A DNA stretch of 64,000 nt, taken from contig NC_043007.1 of assembly GCF_006345805.1 (NCBI RefSeq), positions 53,568,001-53,632,000 on the forward strand, read 5' to 3'. How positions within the stretch are numbered: the first letter of the stretch is position 1; each line of letters starts with the position of its first letter. Shown here piece after piece: positions 23,860 through 36,220 of this stretch. Origin of the DNA: Octopus sinensis. Its lineage: Eukaryota. Made by a program: the position numbers and the translations under genes. Below the pieces are notes generated by a model that did not search any database, had not been told where the DNA came from, and saw only the letters and a list, made by a program, of their open reading frames with translations.

Positions 23860-25130
23860 ATTCTTTCATAATTACTATTTGCAAATGTGTCATTATCCAT
23901 CTGTACACACATCTCTCCCACAATGTCTGAATTTTCTCTGATAGAGTGCCTTGCAAACTGGAACACCTCATGCCTCTAGTAATCATGTTAAAGAACACTG
24001 ACAAAACCCTTGCTAAATAGACTTGTCATCCAACTTCTTTCTAGCTATCTGGTATAATTCTCTGCTGTCCCATTCTGCTAATCTTTCCAAGCCTGTCTCT
24101 TTGCATTTATGGCTTTGCTTACTTCACTGTTCCACTACCACATTACTCTCAGTCTAACTTGCATATTGCACCAGTCACAGATTTGGCCTGTAGCTCTAAA
24201 TAAGTTGTCTTGCAGGAACTTCTAGTTGTCATGGATGTTATACAGCTTATCTTCTTTGAGTACTTCTCTAAATTTATTGCCATTCAGCAGATCTTTAAGC
24301 TTCTATATCTTTGTTTCAAGACTGATTTGTGTGTCTAAGTCCTTCTAGCTCTAAGTCTGAAGTCACTAACCACAAGCATATGTTAGGTTGTACATCCTTC
24401 ATCAGAAAAGGACTTCACATTTACAATCAACTATCCATTTCATTTTCTGAAAAGGAATGAGTCAATCTAGCTTATGTGTTCACATGGTTAATAGGTGATC
24501 AGGTGACTCACTGGTTTCCTGAAGTTAGTGTTGCTGATCATTAGGTTATTTGCACCACAGAACTCCAAGATCCTTGTTCCCTCTTCATTTTTAGAACCAA
24601 AGCTACATCCTCTATGTACACTATGGAATCCATCAGAGTGCTGCCCAACATGTCTGATGTAGTCATCAGTCATGAAGACAAGATCAAAGACCTGTTCAGA
24701 TTGAGAAGTATATGAATAGATAAATGTCACTGTCATATTTTCCAAGATTAATCTAAGCTAAACTATCCTATCACCCTCTCTGACTATCTTGATCACTTTA
24801 TCTACCCTTTTCTCTGCCACAAATCTAACTACACACGTCACACCATTATTATCACCTACCCAGAAGAATTTATAGCTTTGTTCTTTGTCTGTGAGGAATG
24901 TAGCTGAGGCTCCCTCCTCCTTATTTTTTGCATGCAGTACATGTCTACACACTTCTGCTCTGGTATTTCAAGCATCTTGATAGTATACCATTCATTGTGC
25001 CTATGTTGATTGTGGCTGCTCTAAAGATGTGAATTTAACAGGAAGAGCAAATGGGTAGTTGGGGGACAGTTTCCATTGTCTGAAAAGAAGGTTTGTGTGA
25101 ACATTTACATGTGGTCAGAGGGGTTGAGCA
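23860..25130 (-). mobile_element. Old RTE LINE 5' portion (APE endonuclease region)
   Basis: HVGQHSDGFHSVH.GCSFGSKNEEGTRILEFC...LMISNTNFRK...HLITY; WVGDNNGV; WWNSEVSKAI. Confidence 0.75.
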
Positions 25131-25309
25131 CATATTTGATTATTCAATATTACCACTCAATAAATTATCATGTCCTTTAGATACCAAGTAGCCTCTACTG
25201 AAAAGGGGTACATAGCTAGAAACATCAATGAAAATTGGCAATGGTGTGTGTGTATATACATCACACAGACATAATATATATATTTACTTGTATATATAAG
25301 TGCAGGCAT

Positions 25310-25450
25310 AGCAGTGTGATTAGAAACTTTGCTTCTCAAACACATGGTTACAAGTTTAGTCCTACTATGTGACACCTTGAACAAGTGTCTTCTACAATTG
25401 CCCCAGGCTGACCAAAGCCCCATGAGTGGATTCAGTTGACTGAAATTGAG
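25310..25450 (+). mobile_element. Degenerate SINE 5' half
   Basis: aacacatggtt...caccttgaacaagtgtcttctac...gaccaaagcc. Confidence 0.65.
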
Positions 25451-25639
25451 AGAAAACATTGTGGTGCATGTGTGTGTGTGTACATACATACATACATACA
25501 GACAGACAGACAGTTGTGCGTTCGAACACACACACACACACATGTTGTGTAGGAATACATAAATCAGGCAAAAAAAATGCCCTCATATATGTGTCAATAC
25601 AGTGGATATATTATGTGAAATGTCCAATATTATACATTC

Positions 25640-25865
25640 ACTGTGGCCGATCGCACCAATCGGTTTCATGCTAGAGATTCAACAGAGTGTTGGGTAACAA
25701 TCTGATTATGTAACCCTACGCTCATCAGAGGTAGCCAATATGGAATCAAATTTTTGATTCCATATCAGCTACCTCTGATGAGCATAGGGTTACACAATCA
25801 GACTGTTATCTAACACTCAATTGAATCCCTTGGACGAAACCAATAGGTAAGATCGGGTGTAATGG
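25640..25865. repeat. Fold-back element (~110-bp arms, centre 25751-25752) with hammerhead-like cores
   Basis: Arms are imperfect reverse complements; CTGATGA...GAAAC occurs once per arm. Confidence 0.8.
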
Positions 25866-25918
25866 TCATGTAATACTGTACACTTCAGATATTATATATA
25901 TATATATATATACATATA

Positions 25919-26040
25919 TTAGGTTGAGGGAAAAGTTTGTGCGCCATGTTAAAATAATACTTTTTTATATATTTTTGCGGTGTGTGTCTTCATTCAGTTC
26001 ATTATCTTAACATGGTGCACAAACTTTTTTTTCAACTTGT
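25919..26040. mobile_element. Mariner-type MITE
   Basis: ~33-bp TIRs (aggttgagggaaaagtttgtgcgccatgttaa / ttaacatggtgcacaaactttttttcaact). Confidence 0.7.
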
Positions 26041-26051
26041 GTATATATATA

Positions 26052-27793
26052 TCATCATCATCATCATTGTTTAACGTCCGTTTTCCATGCTAGCATGGGT
26101 TGGACGGTTCGACTGGAATCTGGGAAGCCAGGGGCTGCACCAGGCTCCAGTCTGATCTGGCAGTGTTTCTACAGCTGGATGCCCTTCTTATGCCAACCAC
26201 TCCGCGAGTGTAGTGGGTGCCAGGGGAGTCTGGCATTGGCCACGATCGGTTGGTGCTTTTAAGCCAGTCGGCCATCGGCCATGTTCATATGGTGCTTTTT
26301 ATGTGCCACTGGCAGGGGAGTCTGGCATCGGCCATGTTCATATGGTGCTTTTTATGTGCCACTGGCACAGGTATCACAACTACTATTTCCATTGATATTT
26401 ATTTTGATGTTCATGTACTTGACTCAATAGGTCTCCTCAAGCACAGCGGGATGTTCTGGAATCCAAGGTACTTTGAATGGGCAGGGGCTATGCGGACCTG
26501 GTGCAGGAAGCAGCCCGGGTCTTTGCAGTCACAGCATATCTCCAGAGATCTCGGTCCTTCGCTATTGCCTCTGTGAGGCCCAACGCTCTGAGGTCATGCT
26601 TGACTACCTCATCCCATGTCTTCCTGGGTCTACCTCACCCCCTGATACCTTCAACTGTTAGGGAGCCGCACTTCTTCACACATCTCTCCTCATCCATCCG
26701 CAGTACATGACCATACCATCGCAAGCGGCACGCTTGTACACCACATCTGATGCTTCTTATGTCCAGCATTTCTCTCAGAGTGCTTACACTCTGTCGTGTG
26801 TGCACACTGACATTACACATCCAGCGGATCATGCTAGCTTCATTTCTTTCAAGTCTACGCATGTCCTCTGCATTCACAGCCCATGTTTCACTACCGTGAA
26901 GCATGGCAGTTCGCACACATGCATCATACAATCTACCTTTCGCTCTGAGCGAGAGACCCTTTGTCGCCAGTAGGAGTAGGAGCTTTCTAAACTTTGCCCA
27001 GGCTATTCGTATTCTAGTGGTGACACTCTCTGAGCATCCACCTCCACCACTAACTTGGTCACCCAGGTAGCGGAAACTATCAACTACTTCTAGTTTCTCC
27101 CCCTGGAGTGTGATGGAATCTGTTTTCTGAGTATCTGTGGTGTCTATTGTCCCTGAGCATCTGCCGCACATGAAAGCTATCTTATCAGTTAATTTCTCTT
27201 TGATGTTACTGCACCTCTTATGTGTCCATAGCTTACACTGGGTACATCTTATGGAGTTTCTACCTACACCTTTCCTACATATTGAGCAGGGCCACCTGCC
27301 CGAGGGGGTGTGTGCTGAGATCACCTTTCTGCTTACTATAACTTTGGTCTTTGTGACATTTACTCTAAGGCCCTTTGATTCTAACCCTTGCTTCCACAGC
27401 CGAAATTTCTTTTCTAGTTCCGGTAGTGATTCTGCTATGAGCGCCAGGTCATTAGCATAGAGGGCAACCTGTTTTGAATTTCTCTGTTATTGCCTGGAGG
27501 ACTATGATGAATAAAAGGGGACTGAGGGCTGAGCCTTGGTGTACACCTACTTCTACCTGGAATTCTTCACTATATTCGTTGCCAACCTTGCTGACAGCCT
27601 CTCTGTATAGGGCCTGTACAGCCCTTATTAGCCATTCGTCAATCTCCAGTTTCCGCATCGACCACCAGATAAGGGATCGGGGGACCCCGTAAAAGGCTTT
27701 CTCCAAGTCCACAAAAGCTATGTAGAGGGGTTTATCTTTAGCTAGGTACTTCTCTTGCAGTTGTCGGATCAGGAATATAGCATCAGTGGTGCT
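26052..27793 (-). mobile_element. 5'-truncated RTE LINE with RT remnant
   Basis: DLEKAF, GVHQGSALSPLLF, LYANDL (mutated YADD), FRYLGD, RLRWYGHV; (ATC)n tail. Confidence 0.9.
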
Positions 27794-28059
27794 TATTTAT
27801 ATATATATGTAATTCACAGTATATGGATTCAGCTAATCCAGTGGTATTCATAAAAAGAGCTCCTTAATGTATCATTCTATAAAACACATAGAATATATAG
27901 TACGATGCAAAAGAAGAATATAAGAAGTGTATAGAATTATAGAGAAATATACCAATATTATTTACTTTTTCCTTTTTAATATCTTACTAAATTTCCCTTC
28001 CCTTTTAAAGAAAACCATTTTATTAACTCGATTTTATTTTTATTGTCTTCCATATCTTA

Positions 28060-29575
28060 TCTTCATCATCATTATCATCATTGTTTAATGTCCACTTTCC
28101 ATGCTGGCATGGGTTGGATGGTTTAACTGAGAACTGGCAAGCTAGGAGGCTGCTGGTAAGGTTTCTACAGTTGGATGCCCTTCCTAATGCCAACCACTCT
28201 GAGAGTGTAGTGGGTGTTTTTTATGTGTCACCTGCATGGGTGTCAGTCAGGGGGCACTAGCATCAGCCACAACTACAATTTCAGTTGACCCAACAGGTCT
28301 TCTCAAGTACAACATATTGCTTGATGATTGAAGGGTACTTTTAAACAGGGCGGTTTTATGACACTGGCATCAACCATGGCTATGATCTCACTTGGCTTGC
28401 CAGGTCTTCTCATGCACAGCATATCTCCAAAGGTCTTGGTCGCTTGTCATTGCCTTGGTGAGGCCCAACATTTGAAGGTCATGCTTCACCACTTCATCTC
28501 ATATCTTCCTGGCTCTACCTCTTCCACAAGTTCTCTCCATTGTTAGGGTGTGAAACTTTTTCACACAGCTGTTCTCATCCATACACAACACATAACCATA
28601 CCAGCACAGTCATTTCTCTTGCACACCACATCTGATGCTTTTTATGTCCGATTTTTCTCTCAGGGTGCTTACACTTTGTCATGTATGCGCACTGACATTA
28701 CACATCCAGCGGAGCATACTAGCTTCATTTCTTTGAAGCCTATGCATGTCCTCAGCAGTCACAGCCCATGGTTCACTATCGTGCAGCATGGCTGTTCACA
28801 CATACATGCATCATACAGTCTACCTAAGCGAGAGGCTCTTTGATATCAGCAAAGGTAGGAGCTCTCTGAACTTTGCCCAGGCTATTCTTATTCTCGCAGC
28901 TACGCACTCAGAAAATTTGCACTCCCTCTCCACTACTGATTTGGTCACCTAGGTAACAGAAGCTATCAACTACTAGTTTTTCCACCTGGCATGTGATGGA
29001 ATATATTTGCTGTACATCTTTGGTATTTATTGCACCTGTGCATCTCCCACATACAAAAACTATCTTCTCAGTTAATCTTCCTTTGATATTGTTGTACATC
29101 TTATGTGTCCCAAACTTACACTAAGTACATTTTATAGAGTTTCTACCTCCACCTTTTCTACAGATTGAGCAGGGCCATCTACCTAAAGGGATTTGTGATT
29201 TGTCTGCCTTCCAACTTACTAAGACTTTGGTTTTTGCTACATTGACTCTAAGGCCCTTCAATTCAAGACCTTGCTTCCACACCTGAAACATCTCTAGTTC
29301 TGGTAGTGACTCAGCTATTTAGAGTAAGATCATCACCATAGAGGATCTCCCAAGGACAGCCTGCCTTGAATTCCTCTGTTATTGCCTGGAGGCCTATGAT
29401 GAGTAATAGGGGGTTGAGGACTGATCCTTGGTGGACTCCAACTTCTACCCGGAATTCTTCACTAAACTCGTTGCCAACCTTCACTTTACTGACAGCATCT
29501 CTGTATGTGGCTTGTACAGCTCTCACTAACCACTCATCCATCCTTAGTTTCCACGTTGATGACCAGATAATACGT
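28060..29575 (-). mobile_element. Older 5'-truncated RTE LINE
   Basis: GVHQGSVLNPLL...LYGDDL; same 3' UTR. Confidence 0.85.
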
Positions 29576-29699
29576 CTGGTTATTGATTGGCTAAAATTAC
29601 CCAAAATATGAAACATTAAGAACTATTAACTTTTTATTCATTTATGGCAAAAAGGAATTTTATTTCCTAATTATCATTCAAAACTGGATGAGCACATTC

Positions 29700-29983
29700 T
29701 GAAAGGTGCTTGAGAATGTTTTCAAAACTGTTTTTCCAAATTGTTCTCACCAAAATTTTTTATCTACATATTATTCAACTATGTCTGTGTGTACGCCCAT
29801 CATACTCTTAAAATGTCTTACATTCTTCCAATAACATTCAACAGAATTTGTGTGGACATTTGTTTTTAGATCTACGAACTTTTCAGAATGCTTCACCTTG
29901 AAATGGGTGTATTTTGGGGTCACATCCATTTCAGTAATACCATTGTACGCACCCCAACAATCAGAATATATGGTCGTACTACC
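29700..29983 (-). pseudogene. Merlin (IS1595/IS1016-like) DDE transposase fragment
   Basis: TTIYSDCWGAY...YTHFKVKHSEKFVD...VHTNSVECYW matches the Merlin pattern SDxWxAY/VNHS/HTNxIExxW. Confidence 0.75.
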
Positions 29984-30181
29984 TGATTGGCCCTCGTGCT
30001 CGTGGCACGTAAAAGCACCCACTACACTCTCGGAGTGGTTGGTGTTAGGGAGGGTATCCAATTGTAGAAACTCTGCCAGATCAAGATTGAAGCCTGGTGC
30101 AGCCATCTGGTTTGCCAGCCCTCAGTCATTTGTCCAGCCCATGCTAGCATGGAAAGCGGATGTTAAACGATGATGATGATG
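29983..30181 (+). mobile_element. RTE 3' terminal fragment
   Basis: gcacccactacactctcggag...gcatggaaagcggatgttaaacgatgatg. Confidence 0.85.
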
Positions 30182-30210
30182 ATATATATATATGTATATA
30201 TATATATGTA

Positions 30211-30430
30211 GGCGGCGAGCTGGCAGAAACGTTAGCGCGCCAGGCGAAATGCGTAGCCGTATTTCGTCTGTCGTTACGTTCTGAGTTCAAATTCCGCCGA
30301 GGTCGACTTTGCCTTTCATCCTCTCGGGGTCGATAAATAAAGTACCAGTTACGCACTGGGTCGATGTAATCGACTCAATCCCTTTGTCTGTCCTTGTTTG
30401 TCTCCTCTATGTTTAGCCCCTTGTGGGTAG
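30211..30430 (+). mobile_element. Second tRNA-derived SINE family
   Basis: A-box-like gagctggcagaaacg, B-box-like gagttcaaattcc, tail tgtgggtagtaaagaaata. Confidence 0.7.
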
Positions 30431-30560
30431 TAAAGAAATATATATATATATGTAGCCAGCGGGGTGGCGTTATTTGAAGGCTAAAACAATGCGAAGCGCA
30501 TTGTGACCATCGATGTGTAGCAACATCTGATAGTCTGGTCAGTCACGGTGATCACGGTGA

Positions 30561-30601
<41 letters not shown>

Positions 30602-30641
30602 GTATATATATATGTATGTGTGTGGTGTTGTTATATATATT

Positions 30642-30675
<34 letters not shown>

Positions 30676-30679
30676 GTTA

Positions 30680-30875
30680 ATCCAAACATGAAAACACAAA
30701 GAGAAAACACAACAACGCAAAGACGTGGAACAAGTATAGTATTCTTGGATGCTCAGGAAAGCAGGAGGGTTTAACGTCTTGAGCGAAGCTCTTCGTTAGA
30801 AATATAGGAAAAAGAAAGATCCAAAGAAGGGAAGACGGATGGAAAAAAATCGCCAACAGTCACAATGTTCCTTAT
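30680..30875 (-). mobile_element. Probable Penelope-like terminal repeat fragment with hammerhead relic
   Basis: Minus strand ctaacga-a-gagc-ttc-gctc-aagac at 30771-30799. Confidence 0.4.
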
Positions 30876-32783
30876 GGAGTTAAAAACTGAGTTGTTGATT
30901 TTAATGTATGAGGTATCAAAAGATTCAGTAATCTTTCAGCTACTAAATAATGTTTTTTACACAACAACTCTTTTTTACTAGAAAAGGAATCTCGAAAATG
31001 TGGTCGGGTCACACTGTTTTGAGGTCTTTATCTTAGGAAGGCAACTCTACCTGAACACTGTTTATGTCTAAGATAGAGCATAATGTGAAAATGTTTAAAT
31101 GGAGTTTTACCAGGAAATGAAACTTCGAAGGTATACCATCAACTCTATTAGTATTACTTAGTAGATAATCTTTTAAATGTGAAGTATGTTTGTCTTTGTT
31201 TTGTTTAGCCCAGAGTTGCCTCTGATGTAACAGACCCATCACATAGATTTTTTTTCCTTCCTGAAATACTGTAAATCTGTTTTTCTTTTGATGTAAGAGT
31301 GTATTTTAAGAGAGATTTGGCTGTTATCTGTAGTAGCTCAAGTTACCACTGAGACACCTGTGTTTGTTTGTGTGTGTGTGTGTGCGTTTTGTTGTAAAAA
31401 ATATATTTTCTCAGAATATTTTGCACAATAACTTTTTAAGAAATCTCGACATCTTTCTTACTGCTAACTATTCAACTTCAAATTACAATTGTTAATTGTT
31501 GGAAGTCAGCTAGACTGAAATGTACATATAGTGTTATTGTATAGTATGGAAGTTCAATATGAAGTTTTGAACTCATTATCTTGTGGTTAGTAATCCATTA
31601 CCTTAAATTTGAAACCATTAAGTCTTTAAGCATTATTTTACTGAGTTTAGTCTTTTGACTGTCGCTAAGATGGGATATCACCTTCAAAAATTTAATTGAT
31701 TATACTGACCTCAGTACATATTTGAATCTGGCATTTATCTTATAGATCTCTGCTCGATGAATTTTGAGACATAGGTGGGGACAGTACTCAATTTAACAAC
31801 AAATGTAAACACACACACACCTTAGCTGCAATATTTTAGGTAAAAATTTTCTTGTGTACTTTAGCAGATGTAATAAGTTGTCCTGAACTTTTCGAAGTGT
31901 AATAACTTGTCCTGTAATTTTCTAAGGTTATAATCTGAAGAATAATATTTCTTTTGCTTGCATTTTTCCATGTAATATAACATATGTGAGTTTCTGCAAA
32001 TTGATTGTCACTATTGCATAACTCAGTTGATCTAATTAACTTACTGCCTTGATATTATCAGCAAAAAGGTACAATACAGTGTTTGTTTTATGCCTGTATA
32101 TTACTGAGTCATGTATTATAGATAAACAAATTACTATAGTAGAACAGAGTTTAATAGAGGATGAGTTAACAGGATGGCATGTAGAGAGGAAACACAAACA
32201 GAAGAGCAGAAGGCAGTAGTGGACATGTCCAATCTCACACACATCCTTGTAGGCCCATACAAACCCCTTAACCACATTGCACTCACATACAGTTGAAAGA
32301 AAGGAGTCAAAATAGGAAGGCCATGAGTCAGTGTAGCGGTAATAATACAACATTAAAACTAACAACAACAATCATTAGCATGTATTGAAGTGTGATAGCG
32401 AGATAGTAGATTTTTTGTTTTTGTTAGTATTTAAGCTAAACTAGTTCCAGTATGGTAGACAAAGTTTTCAGCCAGTGCATTTGCAAATTGGCCTGTAAAT
32501 CAAAGTCATTCACAAATTGTTCAACCATTAGTACACAAACACACATCTTCACATCCATTCACGTGTGTGCACAAACACATACACCCAAATCTATAGATAT
32601 TTATGTCCCACACAAACTTCCATATTTGCATGCAGTTACATAGCCATATATATATATAATATTAATTAGAGACAAAACCACTATTTTGCAAAACAATATT
32701 ATATAATATTTTACTATAAAATTGGATTTAATCCTAAATCTGATTTTTTCCCTGTAAATTTGGATTTATTCCCTAATATTTAT

Positions 32784-32814
<31 letters not shown>

Positions 32815-32817
<3 letters not shown>

Positions 32818-33624
32818 TCATCATCATCATCATCATCATTTAACGTCCGCTTTCCATGCTAGCATGGGTTGGACGGTTCAACTGGGGTCTGGGGAGCCCG
32901 AAAGCTGCACCAGTCCAGTCAGATCTGGCAGTGTTTCTACAGCTGGATGCCCTTCCTAACGCCAACCACTCCGAGAGTGTAGTGGGTGATTTTATGTGCC
33001 ACCGACACAGGTGCCAGACGAGGCTGACAAACGGCCACGCTCGGATGGTGTTTTTTATGTGCCACCGACACAGGTGCCAGACGAGGCTGGCAGACGGCCA
33101 CGCTCGGATGGTGTTTTTTATGTGCCACCGACACAGGTGCCAGACGAGGCTGGCAGATGGCCACGCTCGGATGGTGTTTTTATGTGCCACCGACACAGGT
33201 GCCAGACGAGGCTGGCAGACGGCCACGCTCGGATGGTGTTTTTATGTGCCACCGACACAGGTGCCAGATGAGGCTGGCAAACGGCCACGATCGGATGGTG
33301 CTTGTTACGTGCCCACAGCACGGAGGCCAGTCGATGCGGTACTGGCTACGGCCACGTTCGGATGGTTTTCTTATGTGCCACGTGCCACCGGCACTGGTAC
33401 CACAAAGATACAAATTCCATTGATGTTCATCTATTTTGATTTGTTTTGATTTGATTTGATTTTCACTTGCCTCAACAGGTCTTCACAAGTGTCACAAGAA
33501 GGAAGGTATGCACAGGTGGACTGACTACGTCCCAGGTAGGGGCATGGGTTATGGCCTGACTAGTCTTGCCGGGTCTTCGGATGGTGTTTTTATGTGCCAC
33601 CGACACAGGTGCTAGATGAGGCTG
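32815..33624 (-). mobile_element. RTE 3' UTR with ~60-bp minisatellite (about 5 copies)
   Basis: Unit ttttatgtgccaccgacacaggtgccagacgaggctggcagacggccacgctcggatggtgt. Confidence 0.9.
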
Positions 33625-34033
33625 AAGCACTGTCTTCACCACATACATATACCAACTTTGCTCCCTTCATATACTACTACATATGCATGTACACACAGTC
33701 CCTGTAAGATTTTCATGCATGTGTGTTTGTTAACTTTTACAAGTACATTAAAGAAATGCATTAAATGCAAATGCATTAAAGAACACTGCAAGTGTTTCAA
33801 GGTACTGTATGTATTCACACAGGAATACTGTATGTATTCCACAATGTATTCACACAGGAAGGTGTAACATGATTCAAGTCGGATATCATTGCTTCAGGCA
33901 GTGCAGACCTGGGAATAGTCAAGTTGTTTATGCATTAAGGAATAATTTGCTTGGTATAATTACGTTTAATGAAGACAGTGGTAGCACCTGATATTTTGCA
34001 GTTTTGCCTTTAATACAGGTATGCCTAAGATAC

Positions 34034-34850
34034 ACAAAGGGGTACCCAAAAGAAACCAGAATTTTGCAATGTTATTTTATTCACTTAGTTTTACATGTTT
34101 ACATTTTTATCATGTTCAAAGAATTCTCCATTTGAAGCAACGCATCGGTCCAGACAAGTTTTCCACTGTTCAAAGCAATGCTGGAACTCTTGCAAAGTGA
34201 TACCTTTTAACGTCTCTGTTGTTTTTTCCTTCACTTCTTCCACATCTGCAGATTCCATAGCACCCACTTTCATCACCAGTGATGACCTTCGAAAAAAGAT
34301 CCAAATCAACTTCCATCTGTTCTTTCAGTGCATGACATGCATTCAATCATGACTGCTTTTGATCTTCCATGAGCAAACAAGGCATAAATTTTGCTGCAAT
34401 TCTTTTCATTTGCAATTCCTCACTGAAAATTCGTTGGTTGGATGCACCAATCATAGCAACAAGTTTGCCAATTCTTCAGTGATGGTCCTCCAAGATCAGT
34501 TCATGAATTTTCATTATATTTTCATTTGTTCTGGAGGTCAATGGTCACCCTGAATAATGTAAGTCATTTAAAGTATGACAACTGTTTTGGCTGCTGTGTT
34601 CCCCAGCAGAAAACAGAATTTCATAGAAGCATGCTGTTTCTTCATTTCAGCCATCACAAAAATCAATGAAAAAGAGAGAAGCACAGCAAAACAAAGACAC
34701 ACCATGTGGCAGTACGACTTCACCCAATGATACTAGTAGGCAAACTGATGCCTGAGGATTGCATCAAGTAGCTTCTAGCAGCAGATGCCTGAACTACAAC
34801 GGGCTTGTCCCACAGAGAATGTTTCGAGCTACTTTTGTGTACCCCTTCGT
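34034..34850 (-). mobile_element. Internally deleted mariner
   Basis: TIRs aaaggggtacccaaaag / cttttgtgtaccccttcg; C-terminus EFQHCFEQWKTCLDRCVASNGEFFE. Confidence 0.75.
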
Positions 34851-35462
34851 ATATACTTGGTGGACAGGAGGGAGTTTATGCAGAGATACAGTCATGGAGG
34901 GCATACAGGTATAGAATATTGTATTGCTTTCCATTAGTGTAACAATTGAACAAGATTGTAGTGGCTAATGTTACTGTATCAATCTTAGTAGTAGTAGTAG
35001 TAGACTAACATATTTTGTCATAGTTGAAGTTATTGCCAATCTTATTGTGGCTGAATGTCTGACTTTCCCTGTGGATGTAGTAAATCTCTGACTCATTTCT
35101 TTTATTAAGTAGCTATTGTTAACTTAGAATATGTGTTTATTAATAAAAGTTTAATAACGATAATCTTTTATTCATACGAACATAACTGATATGAAAATAT
35201 GTCATAAATAACAGGGACAATTTCATATGACACCGGAAATAATTGTTGTTGACACATTACGGCAGAAATTGAATTCACCTCAATAGACGTCATTGATTGG
35301 TTGAAATTGCCGAAATGCAATAAATTAAAGACCAAATATCTTACAAACTACAGAATTTTCTCAAGAAAGCCAAGAGAAAAAGATGTTTTATAAACACATT
35401 CTACCAGTATACGAAGTTTAAAAGTGTTTAGTTACAAAGAAATAATTTTAAAAATCTGCTGG

Positions 35463-36190
35463 TCAAAGCGAAAAGATCCGAGTTGGCACACTAGAGTTGG
35501 CACCATGGCATTTGGTAATTACAAGAGGAGTCCTGTTTTGAGGTGTCCCCAGAACAGTCTGTTTCCAAACCTGAGCTAATGCCAACATTATATTATTAAG
35601 TTTGTACCTATTATAGGCAGCTATTCTGCTGGCCACATTGGGTGTGATTGAGTACAACTTAATCATATTTCCATTAGATATTCTATATTATCTATGTTGT
35701 GGCAGAAAGAACCTAGTATCTGGAAGATCTTTTGAGTATTAGTTTTCATACTATGACAGAAGAGTGAGCCATACCATATTACTTGCCTTCTTCTATGTCT
35801 TTTCCTATTGCTAGGATGTATATTCTTCCCTGAAGGATTGTCTAGTGTTCTTGATTTCTTTCTAATGTGGCTAGGTTTGGAATTCTGAGACAATATTAGT
35901 TTCATTTCAGAGTTGCACCCACTTTTCTTGTTTCACCCTTTCCCCATGCACAGGCTAGTGGGTTTATTAGTTGCTCTTGTGAGGCTTGGATTATCCTTAA
36001 AATAGGAAGTTTCCTATTGGTCTCATCGGTGTCCCTTAAGTGTCCTAGGGTTCCACCCCTACAATTTGATATAGTAGTTTTGAGAGGGATCTTGCTACAC
36101 TTCCTGGCTATTTTTACATTACTTCTGCATTTTTTGAAGACTCATTTAAGTTTAGTATTCATAATGAACTTAATCTTTTCACTGTAACTT
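35463..36190 (-). mobile_element. Penelope-like RT/linker fragment
   Basis: RKRHRRRQVIWY...FC...KTN...KIF and IKLYSITPNVASRIAAYN resemble the PLE post-RT motifs IIWFNPPF and KISYSCxPN. Confidence 0.6.
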
Positions 36191-36220
36191 CTACTGAGTG
36201 TCTCATGATATCTAACATAA

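Noticed and set aside
29771-30106. 111-aa ORF as a single gene
   Set aside because: Chimera of antisense RTE 3' UTR and a Merlin fragment.
32990-33300. Regularly spaced ~60-bp repeats resembling a CRISPR array (also 58200-59700)
   Set aside because: Units are contiguous with no unique spacers, lie inside an RTE 3' UTR, and there are no cas genes; the context is eukaryotic.
32840-33449. Long overlapping ORFs (e.g. 197 aa at 32856-33449; many at 58-59.6 kb)
   Set aside because: They are translations of GC-rich UTR tandem repeats, open in several frames on both strands.
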